A stretch of DNA of 64,000 bases from Candidatus Omnitrophota bacterium. GTDB taxonomy: Bacteria; Omnitrophota; Omnitrophia; Omnitrophales; Aquincolibacteriaceae. The translations under genes and the position numbers were made by a program. The stretch lies in contig JAZDFE010000028.1 of the NCBI GenBank assembly GCA_043808175.1, positions 17,079 to 81,078 of the forward strand, given 5' to 3'. Below, piece by piece: positions 30,415 through 39,714 of this stretch; position 1 is the stretch's first letter; every line of letters starts with the position of its first letter. Under the pieces are notes generated by a model. The model ran no database searches, was not told where the DNA came from, and saw only the letters and a program-made list of their open reading frames with translations.

Positions 30415-30842
30415 GACACCCTGACTCTTCCGTCGTTAGAATCTATCTCGTTTAAGCCCAGCTTCACGGTCCGGTATTTTTTCCGGAGAGCCTTCAGTTC
30501 TTCTTGACCCACGGGAGCATATTGGTAGTAACGCACCAGCTCTTTTTTATTCAATACCACGGCGTCGCTATAGGCGGCCGGGATGCTCCAGAACCAAGTT
30601 AACCACATGATGTTCCAGAGATATTTTTCGTCGGACCCATAAGCGAGATACCCATATCCCGCAAAGGGCAATAAGCACAGCCATGCGGCAACGGCAGGAT
30701 CCTTGATCTTCACATTGCAGGTATTGACCCCGTAGGATTTCAACTCATACACCGCATTTTTCTCGGATTGAGTGAGCGACACACACCCGGAAAGCATCAC
30801 CACCAGCAACAACACCGCATTCAATTTCAAGAAATGATTCAT
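30411..30842 (-). CDS. Lipoprotein, hypothetical
   Basis: The signal peptide carries the lipobox VVMLSGC. Hydrophobic segments follow. Confidence 0.45.
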   Translation of the reverse strand: MNHFLKLNAVLLLVVMLSGCVSLTQSEKNAVYELKSYGVNTCNVKIKDPAVAAWLCLLPFAGYGYLAYGSDEKYLWNIMWLTWFWSIPAAYSDAVVLNKKELVRYYQYAPVGQEELKALRKKYRTVKLGLNEIDSNDGRVRVS

Positions 30843-30855
30843 TGCTCGATCCTCC

Positions 30856-32223
30856 TTACGGGGTTTGCGATTTACGGACTGCGCTTTCTAACCATTTTAG
30901 AGCATCTTCCCTGTTTTTGAAACGACCTTCTAGCTGCAAAACAAAAGCTTCCTCCAAAACAGGCTTCATCGCCCGTCCGGGTTTCATGCCAAGCTCCATG
31001 AGATCATGACCGTTCACGAGCGGCTTGGGTTTTAATTCTTCATGTTCATATTCCTTGAGCTTGTCCCGGAGAAACGCGAGATTGTCCAGCATCCCGTGGC
31101 TCGCGGTGCAATCCAAACGATGGAGCTCCATTTCTTCTTCAAAATACGGACGGCTGATGAATTGCTTGAGTTTCCCGGCCCGCATTTTCTGCACATCCAT
31201 GAATTTCATATGATTGGCCACGCACTCCGAAACCCCCTCGATCTCCTCGTTTGAAAAACGCAGCCGTCGCATGATCTCGCGAGTGATCTTCACGCCCTCG
31301 CCGGAATGCTCGTAAAAGGTCAAACGGCCCTTGCGTACCTCGGACGTCTTAGGCTTTCCGATATCATGAAAAAGCGCGGAGAAAGCAAGAAGGGTCGAGA
31401 CCGGAGGCCGGAGGTGCTCCAAAAGAAGCCGCGTATGTTCATAAACATCGCCTTCGGGATGAAAATTCTCCGGTTGTTTCACGCCGCGCATCGCTTCCAC
31501 TTCAGGCAGTATTTCTTTCATAAGTCCGGATTCAGAAAGCAAGGTGAAGCCGCGCGCCGCGCCTGACCGCGTAAAGATCTTCACAAGCCCTTCACGGACC
31601 CGTTCGGGACTCACTTCGCGGATCTTGGAAGCTTTTCCGCGAAGCGCCTCCCAGGTTTTCGTCTCGATCTCAAAACCAAGCGTCGAGGCAAAGCGGATCG
31701 CCCGGAGAAGCCGCAGTTTGTCCTCTTCAAAGCGAGCCGCGGGATCGCCGATGGCGCGTATCACTTTGGGGGGCAGGTCTTTCACCCCCCCCACGAAATC
31801 GATCACCTTCTCCGCGAAGGGATCATAGAACATGCCGTTCACCGTAAAGTCACGGCGTTTGGCGTCTTCCTCGGGCTGGATAAATGAAACCTGGGTAGGA
31901 TGGCGACCGTCCTGATATCCTCCTTCGCAACGGAACGTCGCAACCTCGAAGGGGATCTCTTCTTCGACTACGATCATCACGCCGAATTGCTTGCCGACGG
32001 GGATCGTCCGGCGAAAGATTTTTTCGACCTCTTCAGGTGTCGCGGTCGTGGCAATATCAAAATCCTGAGGCTTTTGACCTCTTAAATGGTCTCGGACACA
32101 ACCGCCCGCGAAATACGCGGTAAATCCTTTGTCTTTAAGGGTCTTCGCGATCGCGCGCGCCAGCCGTCCTTTTGACTCGCTGAGGTCCATCGGGCCCGGG
32201 TCCATGTCGCTCCGTGATGTCAT
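30856..32223 (-). CDS. cca: CCA-adding tRNA nucleotidyltransferase with HD domain
   Basis: GGCVRDHLRG...DFDIAT is the pol-beta NTase motif. A C-terminal HD domain follows (LFHDIGKP). Confidence 0.8.
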   Translation of the reverse strand: MTSRSDMDPGPMDLSESKGRLARAIAKTLKDKGFTAYFAGGCVRDHLRGQKPQDFDIATTATPEEVEKIFRRTIPVGKQFGVMIVVEEEIPFEVATFRCEGGYQDGRHPTQVSFIQPEEDAKRRDFTVNGMFYDPFAEKVIDFVGGVKDLPPKVIRAIGDPAARFEEDKLRLLRAIRFASTLGFEIETKTWEALRGKASKIREVSPERVREGLVKIFTRSGAARGFTLLSESGLMKEILPEVEAMRGVKQPENFHPEGDVYEHTRLLLEHLRPPVSTLLAFSALFHDIGKPKTSEVRKGRLTFYEHSGEGVKITREIMRRLRFSNEEIEGVSECVANHMKFMDVQKMRAGKLKQFISRPYFEEEMELHRLDCTASHGMLDNLAFLRDKLKEYEHEELKPKPLVNGHDLMELGMKPGRAMKPVLEEAFVLQLEGRFKNREDALKWLESAVRKSQTP

Positions 32224-32249
32224 GCAACAAAGTTTATTGGAAACCAGTA

Positions 32250-32582
32250 TTAGACGTTAAAAAAATCGCGGGCGGCTTTATCTCCCGCGGCTTTTTGATA
32301 ATCCAGATAATCGATCAACATGAGATCGGGCCGCTTCTCGCCGAGACGCTTGGCCAGCTGGAACCGCTCGGAGGGATGGGTTTCAAGACGCCGGCTCGCG
32401 ATATACTTGAACACCGTCCCGCATTTCGGACAGGCTTTGGTATCGTAGGCGTTTATTCCAAGCTCGTTGCAGGAAGCGCAATTTCCCGAAAGGTCTCCGA
32501 TGATCAGGAGATTTTTTTTGACCTCCTCAAGCACGAAGGGTTTGTAAGTGCGAAGGTAATGCTGGGCCATGGATTTCCTCAC
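32250..32582 (-). CDS. Hypothetical zinc-ribbon protein
   Basis: 110 aa with CASC...CPKCG. I recognised no other motif. Confidence 0.35.
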   Translation of the reverse strand: MRKSMAQHYLRTYKPFVLEEVKKNLLIIGDLSGNCASCNELGINAYDTKACPKCGTVFKYIASRRLETHPSERFQLAKRLGEKRPDLMLIDYLDYQKAAGDKAARDFFNV

Positions 32583-32596
32583 TCGGTGAAAAAAAT

Positions 32597-32680
32597 CATC
32601 ATTCTGAGCCCCAAAGAGGGCAAAGAATCAAACCAGATCCTTCCCCCGTTGCTTCACAAAGCAACAGGGTCAGGATGACG
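32597..32680. repeat. Palindromic intergenic element, copy C (divergent)
   Basis: The termini CATCATTCTGAG ... GGTCAGGATGACG are inverted. It is intergenic and belongs to the same family as the copies at 2346 and 36155. Confidence 0.55.
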
Positions 32681-32688
32681 CTAATGCG

Positions 32689-33132
32689 TCATTTTTTGAA
32701 TACCAGGTCTCCGGCGCGGACACGGGACTTTACTTGAACGCCAAAATCATCGCCCTTTTTTGCGATCATGACCGGCTGGTGATCGATCTGCATCGAAACA
32801 ACCTTTTGCTTGAAATCCGTAGTATGACCTTTAAACAAAAGCTCATCCCCGATCCGGATCTCCCCGGTCTTGATCTTGAGCACCGCGGCATTCACATGCG
32901 GAAAATAGTGTGTGACTTCCGCCGTCGGCAGAGCCGCCAGAGCAACTTTCACCATCCTTGTTTGTTTTTTAGCCACGGCTTTTTTTGAAACTTTCTTCTT
33001 AGCAGGCTTGGCCGCTTTTTTCTTGCCGGGCTTGACCGTTTTCTTTTTAGAAACTTTCCCCTTGGATTTTACGGCCTTCTTGGACTTGGTCGAACCGAAA
33101 ATGGCCTTACCGATCTTTTTTAAAAATTTCAT
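32689..33132 (-). CDS. Lys-rich N-terminal tail fused to an EF-Tu domain-2-like beta-barrel
   Basis: The N-terminal ~60 aa are histone-H1-like (KKAVKSKGKVSKKKTVKPGKKKAAKPAKKKVSKK). The C-terminal half is GEIRIGDELLFKGHTTDFKQKVVSMQIDHQPV...GDDFGVQV. Confidence 0.45.
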   Translation of the reverse strand: MKFLKKIGKAIFGSTKSKKAVKSKGKVSKKKTVKPGKKKAAKPAKKKVSKKAVAKKQTRMVKVALAALPTAEVTHYFPHVNAAVLKIKTGEIRIGDELLFKGHTTDFKQKVVSMQIDHQPVMIAKKGDDFGVQVKSRVRAGDLVFKK

Positions 33133-34244
33133 GGTGTCCCTCCGCTGGATGGCGAAATGGTTTGAGAATCCTTTTCTAAAGCGATCTCTTTGGGCGTCGG
33201 CCCCACGACCTGCCCCTGATGTTGTTCCAGAACATTCAGACGGTTCCTCAATTTCTGGAACCGCTGTTCCGTTTTTTCGTACGCCGTACGGGCGTGAGCC
33301 AAATGCCCGCCGATCTTTTCAAAATCCGCCAGGCATTGTTCAAGATCCACTTCCAGCTGACCTAAATTTTCAAGGATGATCTGCGCCGAGCGCTCGATCC
33401 TCATGCCCTTAAGCCCGCGCACGATGGACTGGAGATAGACATAAAAACTGTTCGGCGAAACCGGGATCACCTTGCGCCTCATGGCATACGCCGAAAGACT
33501 TTCGTTCTGCGCATCATCTTTAATGATCGTTTCATAATAAATGCTTTCGGACGGAATATACATAAGCGCGAACTCAAAAGTCCCTTCCTCCGGCAGGATG
33601 TACTTCGCCCCGATATCGTCGATATGTTTTTTGACGTCCCGCCAGAACCCCTTGCGGGCTTCGGCCTGCTTTTCGTCACTCCCCGCCTCCAGGATACGTT
33701 TGAAATTCTCGAGCGGGAACTTCGCGTCCACCGGGATCAATCCGTCGCCGAGCCGGATAATGGCGTCCACCTGGGAACCGTTCGCGAAACGGTACTGAAG
33801 CGAGAAATGATCTTCCGGGAGGATCTGACGCAGAAGTTCCGCGAGGAGTAACTCCCCCATCCCACCGCGGAGTTTCGGAGCGCGGAGAATGTCATGGAGG
33901 GACGAGATGTCCTTCCCGATATCCATCATGGACTGCGTGGCATGCTGCAAGACGCCGAGCCGGTGCTGGACATCTCCCATGATCTGGCGGTAATTCTGCT
34001 GGTTCTCCTGGAGGAACTGGGAATTCTGTTTCATCTGGTCGTTCATCTGGCGCGCGAGTGTTTGGATCTGGTCCTGCAGAGTCGTATTGAGATTATGGAG
34101 TTCTTGCTGGAGCTGAAGAAAAGGCTGGAAGGTCTTATCGTCGGCAGTGGCCCGCTTGGACAAACGCTGGAAAATCCAGAGGACCGCGGCAAAACCGCAA
34201 AAAGATGCCGCAACCGTGATGAGGACTAGCAGCGAGACATTCAT
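33129..34244 (-). CDS. rmuC: DNA recombination protein RmuC
   Basis: An N-terminal TM helix and coiled coil are followed by the RmuC nuclease-like core (QVDAIIRLGDGLIPVDAKFPLENF). I trimmed the start to MNVSLLVLI (ATG at 34244). Confidence 0.7.
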   Translation of the reverse strand: MNVSLLVLITVAASFCGFAAVLWIFQRLSKRATADDKTFQPFLQLQQELHNLNTTLQDQIQTLARQMNDQMKQNSQFLQENQQNYRQIMGDVQHRLGVLQHATQSMMDIGKDISSLHDILRAPKLRGGMGELLLAELLRQILPEDHFSLQYRFANGSQVDAIIRLGDGLIPVDAKFPLENFKRILEAGSDEKQAEARKGFWRDVKKHIDDIGAKYILPEEGTFEFALMYIPSESIYYETIIKDDAQNESLSAYAMRRKVIPVSPNSFYVYLQSIVRGLKGMRIERSAQIILENLGQLEVDLEQCLADFEKIGGHLAHARTAYEKTEQRFQKLRNRLNVLEQHQGQVVGPTPKEIALEKDSQTISPSSGGTP

Positions 34245-34383
34245 GGGCGGATTATAAACTATTATTGCCTTGGTGTCATTGCGGGGTTGCACAACTCGTG
34301 CCACGGCCCACGCGCCACGAACCACGTGGCCCGTGGTGCGTGGTTCGTGGAACATATGATTTTATGTCCATCGGGCATTTGTA

Positions 34384-36117
34384 CTATTTAATGAACGTGA
34401 TATTGATATCTTCGCGATGCGCGGTCGGCTCGGAATAGATCGAAATGCGGCTCCCCGTGTTCTTCTCGAGGAACTGCAGCGCCTTTTTTTCCTGCTGGAG
34501 CAACCGTTCCGCGACATCCGGATGCACGTACGCATTCACGATGCGGTCTCTGGAATCCTTCAGAGACTTGCGCAATTCCCGTATGACCTGGATCGACATG
34601 GTCGCGGTCGACTTGATATTACCCTTGCCCTCGCAATACGGGCAGGTGTCGTAGACCGCGCTCTCAAGCGACGGACGTATTCTCTGGCGCGTCATCTGGA
34701 TCAGCCCGAGCTCGGAAACCTGCACCAGATGGGTCTTGGCGCGATCTTTGCTCACCGCCTCTTTGAAAATATTAAAAAGATTGCGGCGATGCTGGCCCTG
34801 TTCCATGTCGATAAAATCGATCACGATGATCCCGCCGATGTCCCGGAGCCGGAGCTGGCGCGCGATCTCCTGCGCGGCCTCGATGTTATTTTTATACACG
34901 GTTTCCTCAAGACCCCGGTTGTTACCGGTGAATTTCCCCGTGTTCACGTCGATCGCCACAAGACCCTCGGTCTGTTCGATCACGACATAACCGCCCGACT
35001 TAAGGTAAACATTTTTTTGGAACGTTCGCTCGATCTCTTTTTCGATCCCGTGACGTTCAAAGAGACTTCCCTTTTCCTTCGCAAACTCGATATTCAGGTC
35101 CTGCCCCGGCATATAGACCGAAGTGAAGCGCTTGAGCTTCTTGAAGATCTCGGGATGATCCACCACGATCTTGGCGGTTTCTTCGTTCACGTGATCACGG
35201 ACCACGCGTTCCACAAGGCCGAGCTCCTGATGGATCATGACCGGCGCTTTCTTGGCCGAGATCATGCCGTGGATCTTCTTCCACAGCCGGATCAAATAAC
35301 GGATATCCCGCGTGAAATCCGCGTCGCTTTTTCCTTCGGCATTCGTCCGCACGATGAACCCGACGCCTTTCGGGATCTCCAGGCTTCTGAAAATGCCCCG
35401 GATGCGCTCGCGTTCCGAACGGCTCTCCACGCGCCGCGAAATCCCGATCTTCGATTCGCCGGGCATCATCACAAGATAACGCGCCGGGATCGAAAATTGC
35501 GTCGTGAGACGCGGCCCCTTGTTCCCAAGCGGCTCTTTTACGACCTGCACAATGACCTTCTGTCCGACCTTCAGGACCTCTTCGATCCTCGGACGCCGCT
35601 GATGCTGATAATGCTGTTGCGGCGGCTGATTCCGGCTGCCTTGGCGTCCCCCTTGCTGCTGCCTTCCGCGCCCGCGGTCCCGTCCCCCATGCCGCCCCTG
35701 GCCTCGCCCTTGCCCTTGAGGTTGTCCTTGTACCTGTCCTTGAGTTTGACCCTGAGTTTGGCCCGACACAGGGGGCTGTCCCTGGACATTACCTTCGATC
35801 ACGACTCCTTCCGGGGGCTTCACTTCGGTAACAGTTCCTTCCGTTTTTTTCTCTTCTCCATCGTCAAATTCCGCATCGAGGTCCAGCGGCGAACGGAGCG
35901 CATCGCCGACATAAAGAAAACCGTCTTTCCCTGTCCCGATATCCACGAACGCGGCGTCGATCCCCGGGATCACGGTCTTCACGATCCCTTCGTAGATATT
36001 CCCGAAAAGCTTCTTCGAGTCCCCGCGCTCGATGTAGAACTCCTCCAACCGGCCGTCTTCGAGAATGGCGACCTGTTTTTCATTGGCATCCTGTGAAATT
36101 AAAATTTGTCTTTCCAT
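34384..36117 (-). CDS. rng: Ribonuclease G/E family endoribonuclease with a Q/G/R-rich insertion
   Basis: S1 domain (GNIYEGIVKTVIPGIDAAFVDIG), RNase E/G catalytic core (VIDFIDM) and a Zn-link CPYCEG. The insertion covers about aa 75-177. Confidence 0.8.
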   Translation of the reverse strand: MERQILISQDANEKQVAILEDGRLEEFYIERGDSKKLFGNIYEGIVKTVIPGIDAAFVDIGTGKDGFLYVGDALRSPLDLDAEFDDGEEKKTEGTVTEVKPPEGVVIEGNVQGQPPVSGQTQGQTQGQVQGQPQGQGRGQGRHGGRDRGRGRQQQGGRQGSRNQPPQQHYQHQRRPRIEEVLKVGQKVIVQVVKEPLGNKGPRLTTQFSIPARYLVMMPGESKIGISRRVESRSERERIRGIFRSLEIPKGVGFIVRTNAEGKSDADFTRDIRYLIRLWKKIHGMISAKKAPVMIHQELGLVERVVRDHVNEETAKIVVDHPEIFKKLKRFTSVYMPGQDLNIEFAKEKGSLFERHGIEKEIERTFQKNVYLKSGGYVVIEQTEGLVAIDVNTGKFTGNNRGLEETVYKNNIEAAQEIARQLRLRDIGGIIVIDFIDMEQGQHRRNLFNIFKEAVSKDRAKTHLVQVSELGLIQMTRQRIRPSLESAVYDTCPYCEGKGNIKSTATMSIQVIRELRKSLKDSRDRIVNAYVHPDVAERLLQQEKKALQFLEKNTGSRISIYSEPTAHREDINITFIK

Positions 36118-36154
36118 GACCTTCTTGATCCTTTCGTTTGATTAAATTTAAAAA

Positions 36155-36260
36155 TCGCTTAGCCGTCATCCTGAGTCGCTGAAAGACGACGAAGGATCTC
36201 GCTTCGAGATTCTTCGCCTGATTCTTGCTTTCGCAAGAAAGCATTAGGCTCAAAATGACG
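36155..36260. repeat. Palindromic intergenic element, copy B (longest)
   Basis: GTCATCCTGAG...GAAGGATCTCGCTTCGAGATTCTTCG...CTCAAAATGACG. It lies between the pilQ stop and the rng start. Confidence 0.7.
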
Positions 36261-36439
36261 CGGCTTTTTGTTAAGGCTCTCAATGAGAGCGTGTTTATTC
36301 GCGGTGAAAACTGCGGAACTTAGGCGGGCGCAAAGCTTGTGGAAAGAAAAAGCGTCAACTTATTCCGAGGCGGAACCTTCACGAACCTTAAGGCCTGTCG
36401 AGAACCTTCCTGAAAGAACTTAAACGACCGGACCTAAGC

Positions 36440-38104
36440 TCAGGCCGGTTTGTCCTTGTTCGCGTTTTCCGAAGGTACTACCTTCTCAGAATCTTTCACG
36501 CCCGGCGCGGCATCCGTGGCAGCCGTTTTCTGCTGGGCTTGATCGTCTTTTGACTGGTCTTTCTTCCCGTCAACTTTGGCACCCGCAGGCTGTCCCTGCG
36601 AATCCACCGTAGTAACTGTTACAAAAAAGAGCGTTTCAACCTTCTGCGTGCTTGGATTGGCGTCATTAGATGGGTTTTTCGACCTAAATAATTTACCCAC
36701 CAGCGGAATATCTCCCAAAAAAGGCACTTTATCTTCCCTAATACCCGTTTGATCGGACAACAGACCCCCTATGGCGATCGTCTGCCCACTTTGGATTAAG
36801 ACCTGCGTTTTGGCTTTAGTCGTATCGAATCGAGGCGCCTGTATCTGATCCGTACCAAAAGTCTGATTGATTCCGACAGCACTCACTTCAGGGGCCAGAT
36901 CTACCAAAATCTCATCCGCAGAATTAATATGCGGTGTCACATTCAACACCACACCGGTATTCCGGTAAGCAAAACCCGTGACTTCCATACTCCCTGTTGT
37001 TTCATTCCTCTCAAAACTTGGGATGGGAATCTCCTGACCGACCTGGATCGTCGCCGTCTGATTATTCAAAACAACCACCCGTGGATTCGATACCACCTTC
37101 GTATTGGTCCGAGTCTCCAAGAAATTCAACATCGCGGTAAAACTTGAAAAATCCAATGTCCCGTAATTAAAAGTGTTCCCTCCGGGTACCGCAACACCAG
37201 GATATGGGAAAGTGCGCGGGTCATTCGAGTTCTTTCCGGCCGTATTCTGAATGGGGAAAAATTGATTCATTACAGGGCCAACGGAATCGGCTGTCTGAGT
37301 AAATGGAAATGTAGTGGGACGCTGAGAACCCGTTAACTCGCCAGTGACATTCCAATTAATGCCAAGTTTTTCCGTATTCGAAAGATCTGTCTTCACGATC
37401 TTTGAATCCACAAAAGCCTGGGCGGTGACTTTATCGAGTTTTTTGATCACTTCCCCGATGCGGTAGAGGTTCGTGGGGATGTCGGTCACGACGAGCATGT
37501 TGGAGCGTTCCGAGGACTTTATCTTACCGCGCTCGCTCAGCATATCCATGACCGAGGCCTGGATCTCCTTGGCCTTGGAATAATTCAGGATAAAGGTTTT
37601 TGTCTCAACGGGCTCGAGCTTCATTTCTTCGCGGGATGTCACGCGGATAATATTCCCATCCCGCTCGAAAACATAGTTGTAGGTCCTTAAGATCACAGCC
37701 AACGCCTTTTCCCAGGGGACGTTGTCCAGGCGGACCGTCACGAGACCTTTTACTTCCGGGCCGGTCACGATATTGACGTTACTCTTCATGCTCAGCACGC
37801 GGAGCACGCTCCCGATCTCCGCATCCTTGAAATCCAAACTGATCGTGTCATCCTCCGCCGCAGGACCGGGTGCCGCGACAGCGGCGGGAGCAGGAACAGC
37901 TTGGGTGCCAGGAGCTGTAGGAGCCGGAGTCGCGTCGGGCACGGAAACCTTTTGCGCCACGGTGGCCGGATTTGGGTCTGCGGCAAAAACAACACCCGTC
38001 ACGCCGGAAAAACACAAGAAAAACGCAAAAAAAACAGAGGCCCACGGTCTTACAGCCTGGGTCTTTTGCGAGGGCGGGATAAATTTATGAGACGATCGTT
38101 CCAT
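36440..38104 (-). CDS. pilQ: Type IV pilus secretin PilQ
   Basis: It has a signal peptide, an N0/secretin-N module (ISLDFKDAEIGSVLRVLS) and a C-terminal secretin core (IPFLGDIPLVGKLFRS). The ORF track starts at TTG 38164 inside pilP. ATG 38104 is my preferred start. Confidence 0.85.
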   Translation of the reverse strand: MERSSHKFIPPSQKTQAVRPWASVFFAFFLCFSGVTGVVFAADPNPATVAQKVSVPDATPAPTAPGTQAVPAPAAVAAPGPAAEDDTISLDFKDAEIGSVLRVLSMKSNVNIVTGPEVKGLVTVRLDNVPWEKALAVILRTYNYVFERDGNIIRVTSREEMKLEPVETKTFILNYSKAKEIQASVMDMLSERGKIKSSERSNMLVVTDIPTNLYRIGEVIKKLDKVTAQAFVDSKIVKTDLSNTEKLGINWNVTGELTGSQRPTTFPFTQTADSVGPVMNQFFPIQNTAGKNSNDPRTFPYPGVAVPGGNTFNYGTLDFSSFTAMLNFLETRTNTKVVSNPRVVVLNNQTATIQVGQEIPIPSFERNETTGSMEVTGFAYRNTGVVLNVTPHINSADEILVDLAPEVSAVGINQTFGTDQIQAPRFDTTKAKTQVLIQSGQTIAIGGLLSDQTGIREDKVPFLGDIPLVGKLFRSKNPSNDANPSTQKVETLFFVTVTTVDSQGQPAGAKVDGKKDQSKDDQAQQKTAATDAAPGVKDSEKVVPSENANKDKPA

Positions 38105-38136
38105 GAAGTTCACAGGCTCCCATTTTATCACAAAAC

Positions 38137-38493
38137 CTATGTTTTTTCCTCTTCCCTTATCCAAAGCGTCTTTTCCTCTCCGTCTATAGAGACGACGACA
38201 CGATCCTTCAATATCTTAACGACCGTCGCGTGCTCAACGACATCGCCCTTCTGATAGGACTTTCCGTTCAGAATGGCCATCGAATGTCCGCCCGGATCAT
38301 AGATAATGCCCTCCAGTTTGATGCTGGATGAGGCCGTGGTCACTGAAGTGCCTTCTCCTCCTTCAAGCGGCACGAAGGGATCCCGCCTGTTACCCGAATC
38401 GTAGAGAACCTCAGAAGCGGCAAACGACCCTGATGCCGAGGCCAGCAGCACGATCACCAAAGAAAACGCTTTGATCGTCTTATTTTTTAGCAT
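38137..38493 (-). CDS. pilP: Pilus assembly protein PilP
   Basis: It has a signal peptide, an RDPFVP motif and a small beta domain (LEGIIYD...AILNG...GDVV). It sits between pilO and pilQ. Confidence 0.65.
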   Translation of the reverse strand: MLKNKTIKAFSLVIVLLASASGSFAASEVLYDSGNRRDPFVPLEGGEGTSVTTASSSIKLEGIIYDPGGHSMAILNGKSYQKGDVVEHATVVKILKDRVVVSIDGEEKTLWIREEEKT

Positions 38494-39160
38494 TTTTCGC
38501 CTTGGCTACATTTTTCGCCTTCGCCTTCGCGGGCGGTGCTGCTTGCGGCGGAGCCTTTATGATCGCCCAAAGTTTCAGTGTCGCGATATGCCGGTCCGGC
38601 GTTTTTTCCGCCGGCACGATCCCAAGACTTTGTATTCTTAAAAGTTTATCGTGACCTTCAATGCGGCTCACCAAATTGCCGAGGTCATGATAACGGCCCT
38701 GGACCTTGAATTCATAACCGCGCGGCCGATAGATCAAGTGATAGGGCGCCGCAAAAACAGTTTTCTCGGTCAAGGGCTTCGATGTCAACACGTCCACATG
38801 CGACTCACTCGCCATTTTTGAAGCGGAACCCAATAGCGTATCTATATTCTCGACCGTAAAAACACGCGCCCGGGTACTTTCAATGAGCGAACCCAACACC
38901 TTCCGGTCCTCTTCCCAGCCCGGCCGTTTCTTGATCAGGTCATTGACCAGACGGATCTGGATCTCCATGCTTTGAATATCACGCCGGAGCAGAGGACGCT
39001 CGATCCACGCCGGAATGACCAGAAAAACGATCAACAGCAAAGAAACCGTCCCGCACGAAAGAACGGTCACCCAGACTTTTTTATCGACACTTTTCAGAAA
39101 TGCTATAACGTCGGCGAAAAGCAAGTTGAGCGGCTTCATGGCTTTGGGGTCACTCTCCAC
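38480..39160 (-). CDS. pilO: Pilus assembly protein PilO
   Basis: 226-aa bitopic protein with a coiled coil and a ferredoxin-like C-terminal part. The call rests on its position between pilN and pilP. Confidence 0.6.
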   Translation of the reverse strand: MESDPKAMKPLNLLFADVIAFLKSVDKKVWVTVLSCGTVSLLLIVFLVIPAWIERPLLRRDIQSMEIQIRLVNDLIKKRPGWEEDRKVLGSLIESTRARVFTVENIDTLLGSASKMASESHVDVLTSKPLTEKTVFAAPYHLIYRPRGYEFKVQGRYHDLGNLVSRIEGHDKLLRIQSLGIVPAEKTPDRHIATLKLWAIIKAPPQAAPPAKAKAKNVAKAKNAKK

Positions 39161-39714
39161 TCAAGCTGGGCGGAAAAAAAGGTCCCCCCTGTCTTTTCTT
39201 TGGCTTCTTTGGAAGTCGTGAGCGCGACCGTTGTTTGAGGCGGCAATTTTGTCTTCAGTTTCTGAAAATATTCTTCGATCTGCTCAATGTCGGTCTGCGC
39301 GCGAGACGCCAACACCACACCCTTCAAGGTCACCCGGCACCCATCGCCCTCCCGCTCCGCTTTGAGTTCCGTGAGCCATCCCCTGGGGGGCAGATAATAA
39401 CTTGCCAGGAAAAGCATCTGGGTCACGGGCTCTTTATTGAGCACGTTCTTTTCCAGAAAATCTTTTTCTCCCTTCATGTCAATTGCGACCTGCTTCTCCA
39501 GGGCCTTAAGCTGTGCCATGAGGGGATTCAACCTTGCCCATTCCGTATACACGTTTTTATAAGCGGAACGCGCCTTGAGATAATCCCCGTAGAAAAAAAA
39601 CGTCATGAGAAGAAAAAGAACGCCCGCCAGAAGGGCCAGCGGAACGTACGGAACGCGCGTCGCGTTCACTTTCCCTTTCAAGAGCTCTGGAGGCAAGAGA
39701 TTGATCTTGATCAT
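39136..39714 (-). CDS. pilN: Pilus assembly protein PilN
   Basis: The MIKINLLPPEL N-terminus is the conserved PilN motif. A TM helix follows. Confidence 0.7.
   Translation of the reverse strand: MIKINLLPPELLKGKVNATRVPYVPLALLAGVLFLLMTFFFYGDYLKARSAYKNVYTEWARLNPLMAQLKALEKQVAIDMKGEKDFLEKNVLNKEPVTQMLFLASYYLPPRGWLTELKAEREGDGCRVTLKGVVLASRAQTDIEQIEEYFQKLKTKLPPQTTVALTTSKEAKEKTGGTFFSAQLEWRVTPKP

Noticed and set aside
34417-36096. 559-aa plus-strand ORF spanning almost all of rng.
   Set aside because: It is a shadow ORF antisense to a gene with clear RNase G/E motifs. Its translation is Arg/Leu/Pro/His-rich low-information sequence with no recognisable motif.
36261-36439. A 180-nt unassigned intergenic stretch after pilQ. 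I checked it for SRP RNA-like or other ncRNA signatures (GGTCCGG and CAGGAAGG fragments) and for a terminator.
   Set aside because: Only fragmentary resemblance to SRP domain IV is present. The hairpins are short and mismatched, and there is no U-tract. I cannot support an RNA gene without a covariance search.
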